A DNA stretch of 64,000 nt from a virus (taxonomy: Duplodnaviria; Caudoviricetes). Positions within the stretch are counted from its first letter, which is position 1. Every line of letters begins with the position of its first letter. The DNA is taken from the IMG/VR virus record IMGVR_UViG_2931736537_000001, positions 64,001 through 128,000 of that record. The stretch is one strand, 5' to 3'. Below, piece by piece: positions 29,344 through 39,138 of this stretch. The translations under genes and the position numbers were made by a program. The notes under the pieces were generated by a model that saw only the letters and a program-made list of their open reading frames with translations, had not been told where the DNA came from and did no database searches.

Positions 29344-29765
29344 GGGCTGCCTCCTCTCGGGTTGCTCTCGTCGACCCAGGTCACGCGGACTGCGATGACC
29401 GTGGCGGCCTGGCCCGGCTGGGTACAGCGCCAGGAGCGGCCGAGCAGGGCCGGGTCCTGCGCGGCCTGCAGGACCTGCACGGTGTCGTCCCGTTCGGCGA
29501 CCGGCGCGTCCGCCGGGGTGATGAGCCGGTAGGCGGTCCGGGGATCGTCCGGGTACGGCTGGGTGGCGACGGGTGCGGTGATGCCGGGTGCCGCACTGGC
29601 GTCGAAGAGGGCGCCCGGGCCCTCGTAGACGACGGCCGGTGGCGGGTCCTCCAACTCGCCGGTGGCCGGGTTGAGGACCGGCGGGCCGGCGGGCCGGCTG
29701 ATCCGCACGGTGTCGCCCATCACCAGGTCCTGGACGAGCGCCCCGAGGAAGCTCAGGTCCAGCAT
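29340..29765 (-). CDS. Head closure protein (DUF6093-like)
   Basis: MGDTVRISR...NPATGE...VVYEGP. Confidence 0.75.
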   Translation of the reverse strand: MLDLSFLGALVQDLVMGDTVRISRPAGPPVLNPATGELEDPPPAVVYEGPGALFDASAAPGITAPVATQPYPDDPRTAYRLITPADAPVAERDDTVQVLQAAQDPALLGRSWRCTQPGQAATVIAVRVTWVDESNPRGGSP

Positions 29766-29767
29766 GC

Positions 29768-30145
29768 TCAGCCGTCACCCCCTGCCCAGGCGGCGAGCTG
29801 GCGGAGTAGGGCGCTGGTCAGCTCGGTGGGGCTCCCGTCGAGGTCGTCACGGTCCAGGACGGCCCGCTGCAGGCGGGCGGGGTCGACGCTGGCCAGGAAT
29901 GCCGCGATGGCCTCGGCCGGTGGTGTCTCGCTGGCCACGGCAATCTGTGCGTGGCCGTCGAAGACGGCGCCGGCGTTCGGCCGGGCGTAGAGCACGAGCA
30001 GCGGGGGCTGGTTGGCCCGGTGCTCGAGGGTGTAGCCGGACAGTGCGCCGGTCACGTCGGTCCCGTCGAGGGTGACGGCGGCGCGCACCCCTTCGGTGGT
30101 GATGCGTACGGCGTGCAGGTCGTCGGCCAGGCTGGCGTTGTTCAT
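29768..30145 (-). CDS. Hypothetical phage protein
   Basis: 125-aa ORF within the structural operon. Confidence 0.6.
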   Translation of the reverse strand: MNNASLADDLHAVRITTEGVRAAVTLDGTDVTGALSGYTLEHRANQPPLLVLYARPNAGAVFDGHAQIAVASETPPAEAIAAFLASVDPARLQRAVLDRDDLDGSPTELTSALLRQLAAWAGGDG

Positions 30146-30180
30146 ACGGTGGGCATCCTGATCAGTCGGTTGGCCGGTGG

Positions 30181-30378
30181 TTACTCGTCGTCGGGGGCGC
30201 GCTCGGTGTCAGTACTGACGGAGAACCCGAACGGGGTCTCGGCCTGCTCCTCCTGGTCGCCGGGCATGGCGGCCAGCAGACGGAGTGCGACTCCTTCGGC
30301 AGCCTTCAGCGCGGCCTGGGTGTTCTGGCCCAGCTCGATGTCGATCTCACGGCCGGGTGCGCGGACGGTCAGGCGCAT
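30181..30378 (-). CDS. Small hypothetical phage protein
   Basis: Coupled ORF with a PFGF tail. Confidence 0.55.
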   Translation of the reverse strand: MRLTVRAPGREIDIELGQNTQAALKAAEGVALRLLAAMPGDQEEQAETPFGFSVSTDTERAPDDE

Positions 30379-30623
30379 CGGGTGTCGCCCTTCTGCTGGT
30401 TGGGCCAGTGCCAGGTGCCGCCGGTCAGCGGGACGGGCTCGGCGTGCGGCAGCGGGCCGCTGCAGAAGAAGCCCTCGGGGCTGAAGACGGTGAGGGTGGG
30501 CTGGTCGACGTCGTCGACGGCGGTGACGATCGCCGCCCGGCAGGTGCTGGGGTACTGGCCGTCGGCGCTGCCGCGGGCGACGTAGTGGACGATGCGGCCG
30601 ATGACCAAGGGCTGGCTGCTCAT
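30369..30623 (-). CDS. Conserved small phage protein
   Basis: IGRIVHYV...CRAAIVT...GTWHWP. Confidence 0.7.
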   Translation of the reverse strand: MSSQPLVIGRIVHYVARGSADGQYPSTCRAAIVTAVDDVDQPTLTVFSPEGFFCSGPLPHAEPVPLTGGTWHWPNQQKGDTRCA

Positions 30624-31471
30624 GAGTGCTGTCCCTCCTCGATGGCGGGGTCTTCGTTGAGGTCCGGGCGGGGGATGAAGCGGCGGAGGCAGCCGGGGTG
30701 CGCGATCGGGTGGGCGGCGGCCTCCTCGGCGGAGCGGAAGGTGTTGTGGGCCAGGTCGGGGTCGGTGTGGACGGTCCATCCGCACTCCGGGCCGTCGGTG
30801 ACGTGCACCCAGTGCGCTGCCAGGTCCGCCGTGGTCGCGGTCAGCGCCCCGGTGTTGGCGACGGTGACGGCCTGGGCGGTCAGGGCAGTGCGGGCCCAGG
30901 AGAAGGCCGGGTGCCGGGCGCCGTGCTCGTAGGTGACGGTGTCCAGCGGGTGGGCAGCGGCCAGGTCCTCGGTATCCGGTGAGGTAGTCGAACGGGCGGC
31001 GGAGGTGACGGCCCGGGCGAAGGCTTGGGCGCGGCGGACGGTGTCCGTGACCCGGCGCATGAGCGCGGAGTAGCAGGCGTCGGTCAGTACGCTCAGCACG
31101 TCCTGGTGGGTCGACGTCCAGTCAAAGGACGGCCGCCGGCGGCCGGGGGCGAGAACGGCGGTGCGCAGGGCGTCCTCGGCTCCCAGCCGGTAGGCCCAGG
31201 GCAGGTCGACGGCGGTCCACCGTTCGAAGAGGGCACCGATGTCGGTGCTGAAGCGGCGGGTCGCCGTGGTGAAGACTTTCAGGGCGTCGCGTACGGCCAG
31301 GGGCACGGAGCCGGGCCGGAGGCCTCGGCGGCGGGCGCCGGCCAGCGCGCGGAGTACCGTCTGCTGGGCTGTGGTCAGCCGGGTCCAGCCGCGCTCGAGC
31401 TGCTCCAGTGCCGCGCGGATCAGTTGCCGCAGCGCCTCGTTGCGGGTGGGCTCGCCCGGTGGGGTGGTCAT
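30620..31471 (-). CDS. Minor capsid / MuF-like head morphogenesis protein
   Basis: DGPECGW..H...PIAHPGCLRRF C-terminal motif. Confidence 0.7.
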   Translation of the reverse strand: MTTPPGEPTRNEALRQLIRAALEQLERGWTRLTTAQQTVLRALAGARRRGLRPGSVPLAVRDALKVFTTATRRFSTDIGALFERWTAVDLPWAYRLGAEDALRTAVLAPGRRRPSFDWTSTHQDVLSVLTDACYSALMRRVTDTVRRAQAFARAVTSAARSTTSPDTEDLAAAHPLDTVTYEHGARHPAFSWARTALTAQAVTVANTGALTATTADLAAHWVHVTDGPECGWTVHTDPDLAHNTFRSAEEAAAHPIAHPGCLRRFIPRPDLNEDPAIEEGQHS

Positions 31472-31800
31472 CGGCGGGGCCGCTCGCGCAGGCGCAGGAT
31501 GCCGCTGCTCTGTTCGGTGCCCTCGCCCGGTGTCTCCTCGCCGGGCACGGGCGTGGTCGGGTCCTCGAGTTCGGCGATGAGCCGGTCCAGGACGGCGACG
31601 TTGCCACTGGTGTCGACGGACACCACGCCGCTGAGGGTGACCTTCAGCGGCTGCGCGATGAGCGACGCGCGGCGTTCGCGCAGCACCTCGAGCGCCACGG
31701 CCCGCAGCGAGTGCAGTCGGGTGTAGCGCGTCTCGAGGTCGGTGGTGTCGGTGGCCGGGCCGAGGGTGGCCAGCAGCCATCGGCGGGATGCTTCATCCAC
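31468..31800 (-). CDS. Putative head-tail adaptor
   Basis: Position after capsid genes; helical, 110 aa. Confidence 0.55.
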   Translation of the reverse strand: MDEASRRWLLATLGPATDTTDLETRYTRLHSLRAVALEVLRERRASLIAQPLKVTLSGVVSVDTSGNVAVLDRLIAELEDPTTPVPGEETPGEGTEQSSGILRLRERPRR

Positions 31801-31886
31801 GGGACAGCCCCAGCTGGTGGGAAGGGGTGTCCGGTGCAGGGCGGGCGAGGACGGGTCCCGCCCTGCACCGGACGTGAGGGGCCGAC

Positions 31887-32153
31887 TTACTCGTCGGTCT
31901 TGGAGGCCGGGCGGCGGGCGCGCGGCTTCTTCTCCAGCTCCTGGTCGGCCGGCTTCTGCGCGCCCGGGTCGGCGCCCGGGACGGCGTCCTTCTCGGCGCT
32001 GTCGCCCAGGTCGGGGAGCTTGCCGTCCTCCCACGCGGACGCCGTGGTGATGAGGGCGGCCAGCCGCGCCTCGGGCTCGGTGCCGGCGTCGCAGGTGACC
32101 CACTGATGGGTCTCGGGGTCCTTGACGTAGACGGTGGCGATGAGTCGGGCCAT
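31887..32153 (-). CDS. Hypothetical phage protein
   Basis: ATG directly after the major capsid stop. Confidence 0.6.
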   Translation of the reverse strand: MARLIATVYVKDPETHQWVTCDAGTEPEARLAALITTASAWEDGKLPDLGDSAEKDAVPGADPGAQKPADQELEKKPRARRPASKTDE

Positions 32154-32155
32154 GG

Positions 32156-33226
32156 TCACCACACCCGCGCGGCGATGTGGATGTCCGGCACGTACATCAC
32201 CGGCATGGCCGCGGCGGCGACCTTGGTCCACACGGTGACGGGGTCGTCCGTGTAGCCGTGGGTCACGACGATGCCGGGGGCGTCCTCCCGCAGGATCGCG
32301 GGGTTGGTGCCGCGGGACAGCTTCAGCGACTCGGCGGTGATGCCGTACTGCGTCTCGCCCCACTGCCGCACGTTGGGCGGCACCATCAGCCACAGGTTCT
32401 CCGGCAGCGCCCGGGGGTTGCTGCCGTCGTCCAGCGGGATCTGCACGTCGTACTCGACGATCTCGGGCAGGCCGTAGCGCGCCCGCACGGAGTCGACCTC
32501 GTTGGGGGCGAGGACGGCGGTGGGGATCTGCGAGCCCAGGAGCGCCCCGTAGAAGGCTGCGCGGTAGGACTGGTTCCCGGCGAGCAGGGCCTTGGCCTTG
32601 GACGACGTGAAGATGCGCTTGGGGATCGGCGCCCGGGCGTCGCGCAGGACCTGGATCCAGCGCATCTCGTCGCCGAGGGCGTCTGCGGTCGGGTCGGTCC
32701 ACGGCACCGGTGCGACGGGCATGTGGGCGGCCGGCACCTGGGCGTCGTACTCGATGAACAGGTTGTTCTCACCGGCCAGCGTGAACTTGCCGTCGGACAG
32801 GAGGTCGCCGGCGGCCAGCTCCATCCGGGAGCGGATGGACAGCACGTGCGCGGCGACGTCGTCGTAGACGGACTGGACCAGGTCGTCGGTGTTCGCGCCG
32901 CGGTCGGCGTCGAGGAGCAGCTGCTCCATTTCGCCCACCAGGTACTTCTGTCCGAGGGGCGGCAGCTTTCCCTCGGTCTCCACCATCGTGATCTCGCGGG
33001 TCGCGACGGGCGTGGTCGCGTCCCAGGCGCGGAACTTGGCCGCCGGCACCCGGCGGTTCGTCTTCTTCACTCGCCACTTGACGGTGTTGAGCCGGGCCTC
33101 GGGCAGGACGCTGCGGGTCAGCTCGTAGTCGTCCGGGCTGGGGACGGCCCGCGCGAAGGCGTTGATGTCGGTCGGCGTCAGGTCGCGGAGCAGGAGCTCC
33201 AGCATGTCGTTCGTGTCGTTCGGCAT
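32156..33226 (-). CDS. Major capsid protein (Phage_cap_E-like)
   Basis: KLPPLGQK...RMELAAGDLL...GETQYG...DPVTVWTK..A.AMP; follows the decoration protein. Confidence 0.85.
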   Translation of the reverse strand: MPNDTNDMLELLLRDLTPTDINAFARAVPSPDDYELTRSVLPEARLNTVKWRVKKTNRRVPAAKFRAWDATTPVATREITMVETEGKLPPLGQKYLVGEMEQLLLDADRGANTDDLVQSVYDDVAAHVLSIRSRMELAAGDLLSDGKFTLAGENNLFIEYDAQVPAAHMPVAPVPWTDPTADALGDEMRWIQVLRDARAPIPKRIFTSSKAKALLAGNQSYRAAFYGALLGSQIPTAVLAPNEVDSVRARYGLPEIVEYDVQIPLDDGSNPRALPENLWLMVPPNVRQWGETQYGITAESLKLSRGTNPAILREDAPGIVVTHGYTDDPVTVWTKVAAAAMPVMYVPDIHIAARVW

Positions 33227-33240
33227 GACGAAGCTCCCTC

Positions 33241-33654
33241 TTAGGCGCGGGCGAAGGTGAGGCTGGCGGTGGACTTGGCCACGGTGGCCGGGTCGAAGGC
33301 CACCGGCAGCTTGGCCGGGGCGATGAGGCCGTGGACGCGCAGCGCACCGCCGACGCGGGTGGAGCCGACGCCGAACTGGGTCTCCGTGTCGAGCAGGCCG
33401 GCGAAGATCTCGTGTCCGTCGGTGGCCGCGGGGTCGTACGGCTCGTACAGCCCGCTGGTGGTGTTGAGGGCGAGCGGCAGGCCGGACTTGAAGTGCGCCT
33501 CGACCGTTTTGATGCCGCGCTCCCAGTGGGTGTTCTCCGTGAACTTGGCGACGTCGAGGGTGATGGTCTGGTTGGTCTCGGTGCCGTGGCCGGACAGCAG
33601 CCAGGGACGGCCAACCCTGAGCTGCTGGGTCGTGGTGATCGGCTGGATATCCAT
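33241..33654 (-). CDS. Head decoration protein
   Basis: SGLPLA...GLYEPYDPAATDG...AGLL...HG. Confidence 0.8.
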   Translation of the reverse strand: MDIQPITTTQQLRVGRPWLLSGHGTETNQTITLDVAKFTENTHWERGIKTVEAHFKSGLPLALNTTSGLYEPYDPAATDGHEIFAGLLDTETQFGVGSTRVGGALRVHGLIAPAKLPVAFDPATVAKSTASLTFARA

Positions 33655-33778
33655 GCCGGGGCTTCCTCCCGTTTCACGGGCGCTGCGGAAAGGCGGGGCA
33701 CCGGGCGGTGCCGTCCACGGGGAGGAAGGGGGTGGGCGTGGTCCCAGGGGTGGAGCAGGTGGTGCGCGCGGCGGCCGG

Positions 33779-34609
33779 TCAGGCCGCCTTGTTGTCCGGG
33801 GTGCCGAACATGCGGGCCGCCATGGCGCGGCCGGCGTCGCCGGGCTTTCCGACGGGGGTCTGGCGCTGCGGCGGGCCGCCGGCCGGGGAGCCGCCCGGTG
33901 CGGGCGGGGGCGTCAGCTTCGGACCGCCCTCGTCGACGCCGAACAGGCCCGGGCGCCGCTTCTTGAGGTCCTTGGCCGCCTTCTTGATCGTGGCCTCGTC
34001 CGCGTCGGGGGTGTCCCGGAGTTCCTTGTCCAGCAGGACGAGGGCGTCCTCGAGGTCGGCGTCGCTGGCGCCGAGACCCATGAGGGTGGCCGTGCGCTGT
34101 GCTTCCTGCAGCTTGGCTTCGGCAGCGGCCAGCTTCTGGTCGGCGGCCGTCTCCTTCGCCGTGACGGCCTGCTCGCGCTTGGCGAACTCCGCCTGACGCT
34201 TCTGTTCGTCGGACAGCTGGGCTTCCTTGGCCTTCTTGGCGTCGGCGAGGATCTGCTTGATCTGCTCGGCGTCGACGGCCTCCGGGTCGAGTCCGGCCTC
34301 GGCGGCGAGGTCACGCAGGGCGGACTGCCGGCCCTGGTCCTTCTCCCGGGTCATCATCAGGTTCAGGCGCTTCTGGGTGAAGGAGACGGTCTCCTCTTCG
34401 CTTCCCCCCGGGTTGCCGCCGGGCTGCCGGTCGATGACGTCCTTCGGCGTGGGGGCCGGCGGCGCCGCGGGCGGAGCGGCGGGCGGGGTCGGCGGGTTGG
34501 GCGGGTCGTCCTCGCCGGAGCCGCCTGCGATGACGCGGACCGGGCGGCCGTTGACGTAGCCGACGATCGCGCCGGGTACGGGACGCGGTCGGGGGGTGCT
34601 GCGGTGCAT
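33779..34609 (-). CDS. Capsid scaffolding protein
   Basis: GRPVRVIAGGS leader, FTQKRLN, coiled coil, P-rich tail. Confidence 0.75.
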   Translation of the reverse strand: MHRSTPRPRPVPGAIVGYVNGRPVRVIAGGSGEDDPPNPPTPPAAPPAAPPAPTPKDVIDRQPGGNPGGSEEETVSFTQKRLNLMMTREKDQGRQSALRDLAAEAGLDPEAVDAEQIKQILADAKKAKEAQLSDEQKRQAEFAKREQAVTAKETAADQKLAAAEAKLQEAQRTATLMGLGASDADLEDALVLLDKELRDTPDADEATIKKAAKDLKKRRPGLFGVDEGGPKLTPPPAPGGSPAGGPPQRQTPVGKPGDAGRAMAARMFGTPDNKAA

Positions 34610-34665
34610 GCTGGAAGTCCTCCACCGGTGCGCCCCCGCGCCGTTTACGAGTGTAGGGGTGATCT

Positions 34666-36513
34666 TCACTGCTGCTGTCCTGCGTCGTTGGCGCCGGTCT
34701 CAGCGGCTGCTGGGGCGGGCGGTTCGGAACGTTGGGCGCTCGGTCCGGTCAGTACGGGCACGGGCGGGTCGTCGGGGTCGGCGGGCTCCAGCCCCAGGTA
34801 CTCCCGGACGGCGTCGGCGTCGCCGGTGGCGTCCGCGAGGGCGGCGGCCTGGTCGAAGGCGCGGGCCTGGATGCGTTCGATCTCGGCGGGGATGTCCTCG
34901 ATCGGCCAGCCGCCCTCGGCGAGCATGCGCAGCGCGGTCTCCAGGCTGATGAGCCGGGCGGCGAACGCGGTGGCGACCTCCTCGAGGACGCCCATGCGGT
35001 CGGTGGGCGTGTACGCGCCGAAGACGAGGGAGGCCGGGTGCACGGCGCGGCCGACCCAGTCGGGGTGCTGCCCGGCGATGAACAGCCGCTGCACGAACCG
35101 CAGGAGGAGCTGGTACTTGTGCCGGCGGGCCAGGCGCATGGCGGCGACGAGCTTGTCGAGCGGGCCGAGGCTGATCTTCAGGGCGTACCCCGAGGGCATC
35201 TGCGCTGGGTCGTGGGTGCCCAGGGCGACCGCCGGGAGGCGGAGGTTGACCGCAGCGCGGTCGCGCAGGGTGTCCACGGTGGCCAGGAGCTGGGCGAGTT
35301 GGGGTGCGGTGTTCACGACGTCCATGCGCCCGCCGTCAGCCAGCTTGAAGACGGTGCCCGGCTCGACCTGGAGGCTGGCGCGGCCGTCCTGCAGCCCGGA
35401 TACGGACAGGATCGGGATGCCGGTGGTCGCCGAGGCGCGGGCCGCGTCGGTGTCGGAGGCCGCCAGCTCGTCCAGGATCTGCAGGACCTTGGCGAGGGAC
35501 GCCGTGCCCCAGTGCTCCCCGGCCGCGGGCACCGTGTTCGGGAGGTGGATCACCGGCACGAAGTCGATCACGAGGTCGAGCCCGTTGAGGACCTCGCCGT
35601 CGCTGCGCTGGGCGTAGGTGGCCTTGTCCATCGGCAGGTTGTCGACGTCGCTGGTGCGCTCGAGGTCCTCCAGCAGCCAGGTGGCGTCGGTCAGGTAGCA
35701 GGTGACGCTGGACGGCTCGTCGTTCCAGGCGTACTGCCGCCAGATCGTCCCGGCCTCGTCGGCGGCGTCCCCCTGGACGAGCTGCGGTTCGTCCTCACTT
35801 CCGGCCCAGGTGCGCTGGGGCCGGCCGTACCGGTCGGCGCTCGAGGTGGTGGCCGGCCGAATCGGACCGAGCTCGTAGGTGATGCGGCGCAGCCGGTCCT
35901 TCAGCCCGCGCCGGGGGTCGGCCGGCAGTTCCCACGCGAAGTGCACGCGCACCGGAAACTCTCCGTCGTCGTCGCCCAGCACTGGGAAGTAGAAGCCGGG
36001 ATCCATCACACGGACGACCGGGCGCCGTTTGTCCGGCTCCCACGACAGCCGGTAGACGGCGTCGCCGAGGCCGACGGCCTTGCGCTCGGCCTGCAGCAGG
36101 CGCATGGGCAGTTGCTCGTCCTCTGCCCAGGTGAGGAGGTCGTCCTGGACGGCGCGGGCCTCTTCGGCGTCCGGGCTGTCGTCCTCGTCCTCGACGCCGG
36201 CGACGACGATGCGCTGCTCGTCACCGAGGACGTCGGAGGTGATCGCCTCAATGAAGCTGGCCGGGTCTCCGTATTCACGCCGTTCACGGGCCTCGGGTCC
36301 GTCGCGCACCTCGGCGAGTTCGCCGGCCTGGTTGCCGTCGTAGGCGGCGAGGGTGGTGTACGCGGCCAGGCGCCGGACGTCGTCGTCGGGGACCCAGGTG
36401 GCGTAGGCGGACGGGAAGGCCCGGCGGTTGGGGTTGTTCGTGCTCGGGTCGGCGAACACCGGCTTGAAGTTCAGCCAGCCCCAGGTGTCGATCAGGAATT
36501 GCCGCAGGCCCAC
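34666..36513 (-). CDS. Portal protein
   Basis: About 615 aa; GTG with GGAG RBS; LGDAVY..W, DPGFYFP, FVPVIHLPN, SGYALKI. Confidence 0.85.
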   Translation of the reverse strand: MGLRQFLIDTWGWLNFKPVFADPSTNNPNRRAFPSAYATWVPDDDVRRLAAYTTLAAYDGNQAGELAEVRDGPEARERREYGDPASFIEAITSDVLGDEQRIVVAGVEDEDDSPDAEEARAVQDDLLTWAEDEQLPMRLLQAERKAVGLGDAVYRLSWEPDKRRPVVRVMDPGFYFPVLGDDDGEFPVRVHFAWELPADPRRGLKDRLRRITYELGPIRPATTSSADRYGRPQRTWAGSEDEPQLVQGDAADEAGTIWRQYAWNDEPSSVTCYLTDATWLLEDLERTSDVDNLPMDKATYAQRSDGEVLNGLDLVIDFVPVIHLPNTVPAAGEHWGTASLAKVLQILDELAASDTDAARASATTGIPILSVSGLQDGRASLQVEPGTVFKLADGGRMDVVNTAPQLAQLLATVDTLRDRAAVNLRLPAVALGTHDPAQMPSGYALKISLGPLDKLVAAMRLARRHKYQLLLRFVQRLFIAGQHPDWVGRAVHPASLVFGAYTPTDRMGVLEEVATAFAARLISLETALRMLAEGGWPIEDIPAEIERIQARAFDQAAALADATGDADAVREYLGLEPADPDDPPVPVLTGPSAQRSEPPAPAAAETGANDAGQQQ

Positions 36514-36618
36514 GTCGTCCCTCCGGACAAGTCGGCCCCGCGCCGTGATCAAGGATATCGGCGCGGGCTGGCCGGTCCTGCGGGCGTGGCCCGGCCTGAT
36601 CTTTCTCGGGCAACCTCC

Positions 36619-36683
36619 TTCCATCCTTACAACGTACCGTTGTATGGTCGAACCCGAGCCAAAGGCAACGGAACGTTGTATAG
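36619..36683 (+). promoter_or_regulatory. Tandem operator/promoter (full site 36627-36644, partial site 36666-36680)
   Basis: TTCCAT-cc-TTACAACG-tac-CGTTG-TATGGT and caacg-gaa-CGTTG-TATAGT; divergent from the portal gene. Confidence 0.8.
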
Positions 36684-36724
36684 TCAGCGCCGGGAAAGGC
36701 TCGCCCGGCGCGGGAGGAGAAACC

Positions 36725-36946
36725 GTGGAAGGCGCAACGCGGCCGCAGGGCCCCGCACACCCCGACGTGACGGTCCAGCTGTCCGGAGAAGACAGCAACG
36801 CGTACAACATCGTCGGACAGGTCTGCAGGGCGCTGCGACGGGCCGGACACCCCGAGGCGGCCTCGGAGTTCGCGGCGACGGCATTCCGGTCGACGTCGCA
36901 CGACGAGCTGCTGCAACTGGCCATGTGCACGGTCGACGTGCACTGA
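36725..36946 (+). CDS. Small conserved phage/plasmid protein
   Basis: GGAGGAG RBS; VQLSGEDSNAYNIVGQV..ALRRAG motif. Confidence 0.75.
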   Translation: MEGATRPQGPAHPDVTVQLSGEDSNAYNIVGQVCRALRRAGHPEAASEFAATAFRSTSHDELLQLAMCTVDVH

Positions 36947-36957
36947 CACCCGGATCA

Positions 36958-36994
36958 GCGCGGTCCGCCCCGAGGCAAGCGGGGCGGACCGCGC
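36958..36994. repeat. Hairpin with CG-AGGCAAG-CG loop (1)
   Basis: Perfect 15-bp stem. Confidence 0.85.
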
Positions 36995-37024
36995 GTCCAT
37001 CGTCGCAGATCGGAGACAGAGGAC

Positions 37025-37261
37025 ATGAGCGGCAAGCAGGAACAGCAGAAGGCGCCGGAAGTCTGGGGCTACGCGAAGGTCGCCGAGGTGTCCGGCGTGA
37101 AGGTGCCCACCCTGCGCCGGTACAAGAAGGAGGGCCACATGCCTGCCCCGGACATCGCCGTGGGGAACTCGCCCGGCTGGTTCCCGGCGACCATCGAGAA
37201 GTGGCTCAAGGACCGCCCCGGCAGGGGCTTCCGGTCGGACCTGAAGGACCAGGACTCCTGA
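37025..37261 (+). CDS. AlpA/MerR-like HTH DNA-binding protein (candidate regulon repressor)
   Basis: YAKVAEVSGVKVPTLRRY...MPAPD...PGWFPATIEKW...RPGRG. Confidence 0.8.
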   Translation: MSGKQEQQKAPEVWGYAKVAEVSGVKVPTLRRYKKEGHMPAPDIAVGNSPGWFPATIEKWLKDRPGRGFRSDLKDQDS

Positions 37262-37363
37262 CGCCGCCCAGCCCGCCGGCGCCGCCTCGACGCGCCCCCG
37301 CTCCCCCGCCGGAGCCGGGGCGCGCGGCGTTTCCGGAGGGGTTGAGGAAGATCAGAAAAGCCC

Positions 37364-37393
37364 TTCTCACCTTACAACGCAACGTTGTAAGGT
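37364..37393 (+). promoter_or_regulatory. Promoter with operator
   Basis: TTCTCA-cc-TTACAACG-caa-CGTTG-TAAGGT. Confidence 0.85.
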
Positions 37394-37433
37394 TATGGGA
37401 GAGGCCGGGCCCGCCGGCCAGGAGAGGAGTCCG

Positions 37434-37928
37434 ATGTTCACCGTCAGCCTGGACCTCAACGACCACGGCCTGCCCAAGAGCGACCCGCTGAAGGTCCACG
37501 CCGTCGGCGACTGGGTGCACGGCACGACCAGCATCCGGTACGCCTTCCACGACCCGGCGATCCACTTCCCCGACTCGGACTGCCCGATCACCGGCGTCCT
37601 GCTGATCGACAAGTACATCGACCCGGTCTACCGGGACGACCCGGCCGGGTACGACTTCGACGACGAGCCGGCCGTGTCGGTCAGCCTCGGCGACCCCCGG
37701 GCCGCCGACGTGCACGACCAGATGCTGGAGGTCGGGGACTGGGGCCTCACCGGCCATGTGGTCTGCAGCGACCTGTACATGAACCCGGGACCGCACCCGG
37801 ACCACGCCGACCGGCACCCCTTCGACTTCCGCGTCGGCCTGGACGCCCCCACCCACCACCTGGCTGCGAGCCTCCTGCGGGCCGCCGCCTCCGACTACGT
37901 GCAGCGCTGGAAGGCGGTAAGCATCTGA
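37434..37928 (+). CDS. Hypothetical acidic protein
   Basis: AGGAG RBS; followed by a hairpin. Confidence 0.75.
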   Translation: MFTVSLDLNDHGLPKSDPLKVHAVGDWVHGTTSIRYAFHDPAIHFPDSDCPITGVLLIDKYIDPVYRDDPAGYDFDDEPAVSVSLGDPRAADVHDQMLEVGDWGLTGHVVCSDLYMNPGPHPDHADRHPFDFRVGLDAPTHHLAASLLRAAASDYVQRWKAVSI

Positions 37929-37985
37929 CCTGCGCCCCGGCAGCCCTCCGGGGCGCAGCCGCGTGAAGAAGATCGGCGTCACGAC

Positions 37986-38015
37986 TTCCAACCTTACAAC
38001 GCTTCGTTGTATTGT
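37986..38015 (+). promoter_or_regulatory. Promoter with operator
   Basis: TTCCAA-cc-TTACAACG-ctt-CGTTG-TATTGT. Confidence 0.85.
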
Positions 38016-38055
38016 CGGGGTGCAAGGAACGGCCCGGCACCACGAAGGAGACGAG

Positions 38056-38310
38056 ATGGACCTCGACAACACCACCGCCGACCAGGTCTTCCAGGCGGCC
38101 AGTACGGCCACCTTCCGCAGGACCAACCTCGGGATGACTGCCGACGTACCGGTCGACGGCTACCGCTACCGGGTCATCGTCGAGGACCGCTACCTGGCCC
38201 ACACCGACTGCCGGGAGGGCTACGGCGGCACCGAGTGGACCTACGCCAACGCCACCCAGGAGCAGGACCGGGCGCTGCGCGCGGCGATCGCCGCCCAGAC
38301 CGCCAAGTAG
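38056..38310 (+). CDS. Small hypothetical protein (paralog of 39210-39461)
   Basis: AAGGAG RBS; aligns with the 39210 ORF. Confidence 0.8.
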   Translation: MDLDNTTADQVFQAASTATFRRTNLGMTADVPVDGYRYRVIVEDRYLAHTDCREGYGGTEWTYANATQEQDRALRAAIAAQTAK

Positions 38311-38316
38311 CCGGCC

Positions 38317-38361
38317 GCGGCGGGGGCTTGCCGCGAGGCAAGCGCGGCAAGCCCCCGCCGC
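38317..38361. repeat. Hairpin with CG-AGGCAAG-CG loop (2)
   Basis: Perfect 19-bp stem. Confidence 0.85.
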
Positions 38362-38391
38362 CCGGCCCGACCGTCCAGCGAGGAGGACACC

Positions 38392-39015
38392 GTGACCGTC
38401 ACCTTCACCGCCGCGCACCGCCCGCCCGTCGGCTACGCGGTCAGCTGCGGCTGCGACGAGGCCACCGCGCGCGCTCCGCGCTACGGCGCCTGGCGCGATG
38501 CACAGGACGCCGCCGACCGGGCCAACGCCGCGGCGGACGCCCGACGCCCCCTGCCCGGCTGCGCCATGCCCGAGACCTGCCCCGAGTACCCGCTGTACGC
38601 CGAGGAGGTCGACCCCGACGGGCGGGTGCCGGACGTGACGGTCTCGAGTATCAACGCCGTCGGCGTGCTGGAGGCCCTGGGGGTCGCGCTCGCCGCCGAG
38701 CCGGACGCCGCCGAGCCGGACGCCGTCGAGAGCGAGGCGCTCGAGGGCGGCATGCCCCTGGAGGCGCCGGAGGACGGCGTGGTCGTGCCGATCGCGGTGG
38801 TCGACGCCTGCGGCGAGCTGCCCGTGGAGGACTTCCGCGCGCGGGTGCTCACGGCCCTGGGCCTGGCGCCCGAGGACCCGGGGGTCCCGGGCATCCAGCT
38901 CGGACGCACGTACGTGGGCGGGCGCCCGGCCGGGTACCTGCAGCGCCGCCTGCAGGACCTGTACGCGCTGGCGGACTGGTGCGCCGCACACGGCCGCGAC
39001 GTGGCCTGGTACTGA
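38392..39015 (+). CDS. Hypothetical protein (Cys-containing, acidic)
   Basis: GGAGG RBS; GRPAGYLQRRL...L...C...V.W C-terminus. Confidence 0.75.
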   Translation: MTVTFTAAHRPPVGYAVSCGCDEATARAPRYGAWRDAQDAADRANAAADARRPLPGCAMPETCPEYPLYAEEVDPDGRVPDVTVSSINAVGVLEALGVALAAEPDAAEPDAVESEALEGGMPLEAPEDGVVVPIAVVDACGELPVEDFRARVLTALGLAPEDPGVPGIQLGRTYVGGRPAGYLQRRLQDLYALADWCAAHGRDVAWY

Positions 39016-39138
39016 CGGCCCGCCCCGTTCAGCCAGGGGCGGGCCGACCGGCCCGCACAGGCCCACGTCGGCAGGGGGCCGGCACTCCCGCAACATCTCT
39101 GACCTGCGGTTTTCTTCTGTAAATCCAGGCGACACGGG

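Noticed and set aside
36514-36930. N-terminal extension of the portal ORF as given in the ORF track
   Set aside because: Overlaps the operator region and a plus-strand gene; a good RBS supports the GTG at 36513
33257-37491. Long plus-strand ORFs of 786 and 919 aa
   Set aside because: Antisense to the portal, scaffold and decoration genes; low-information composition
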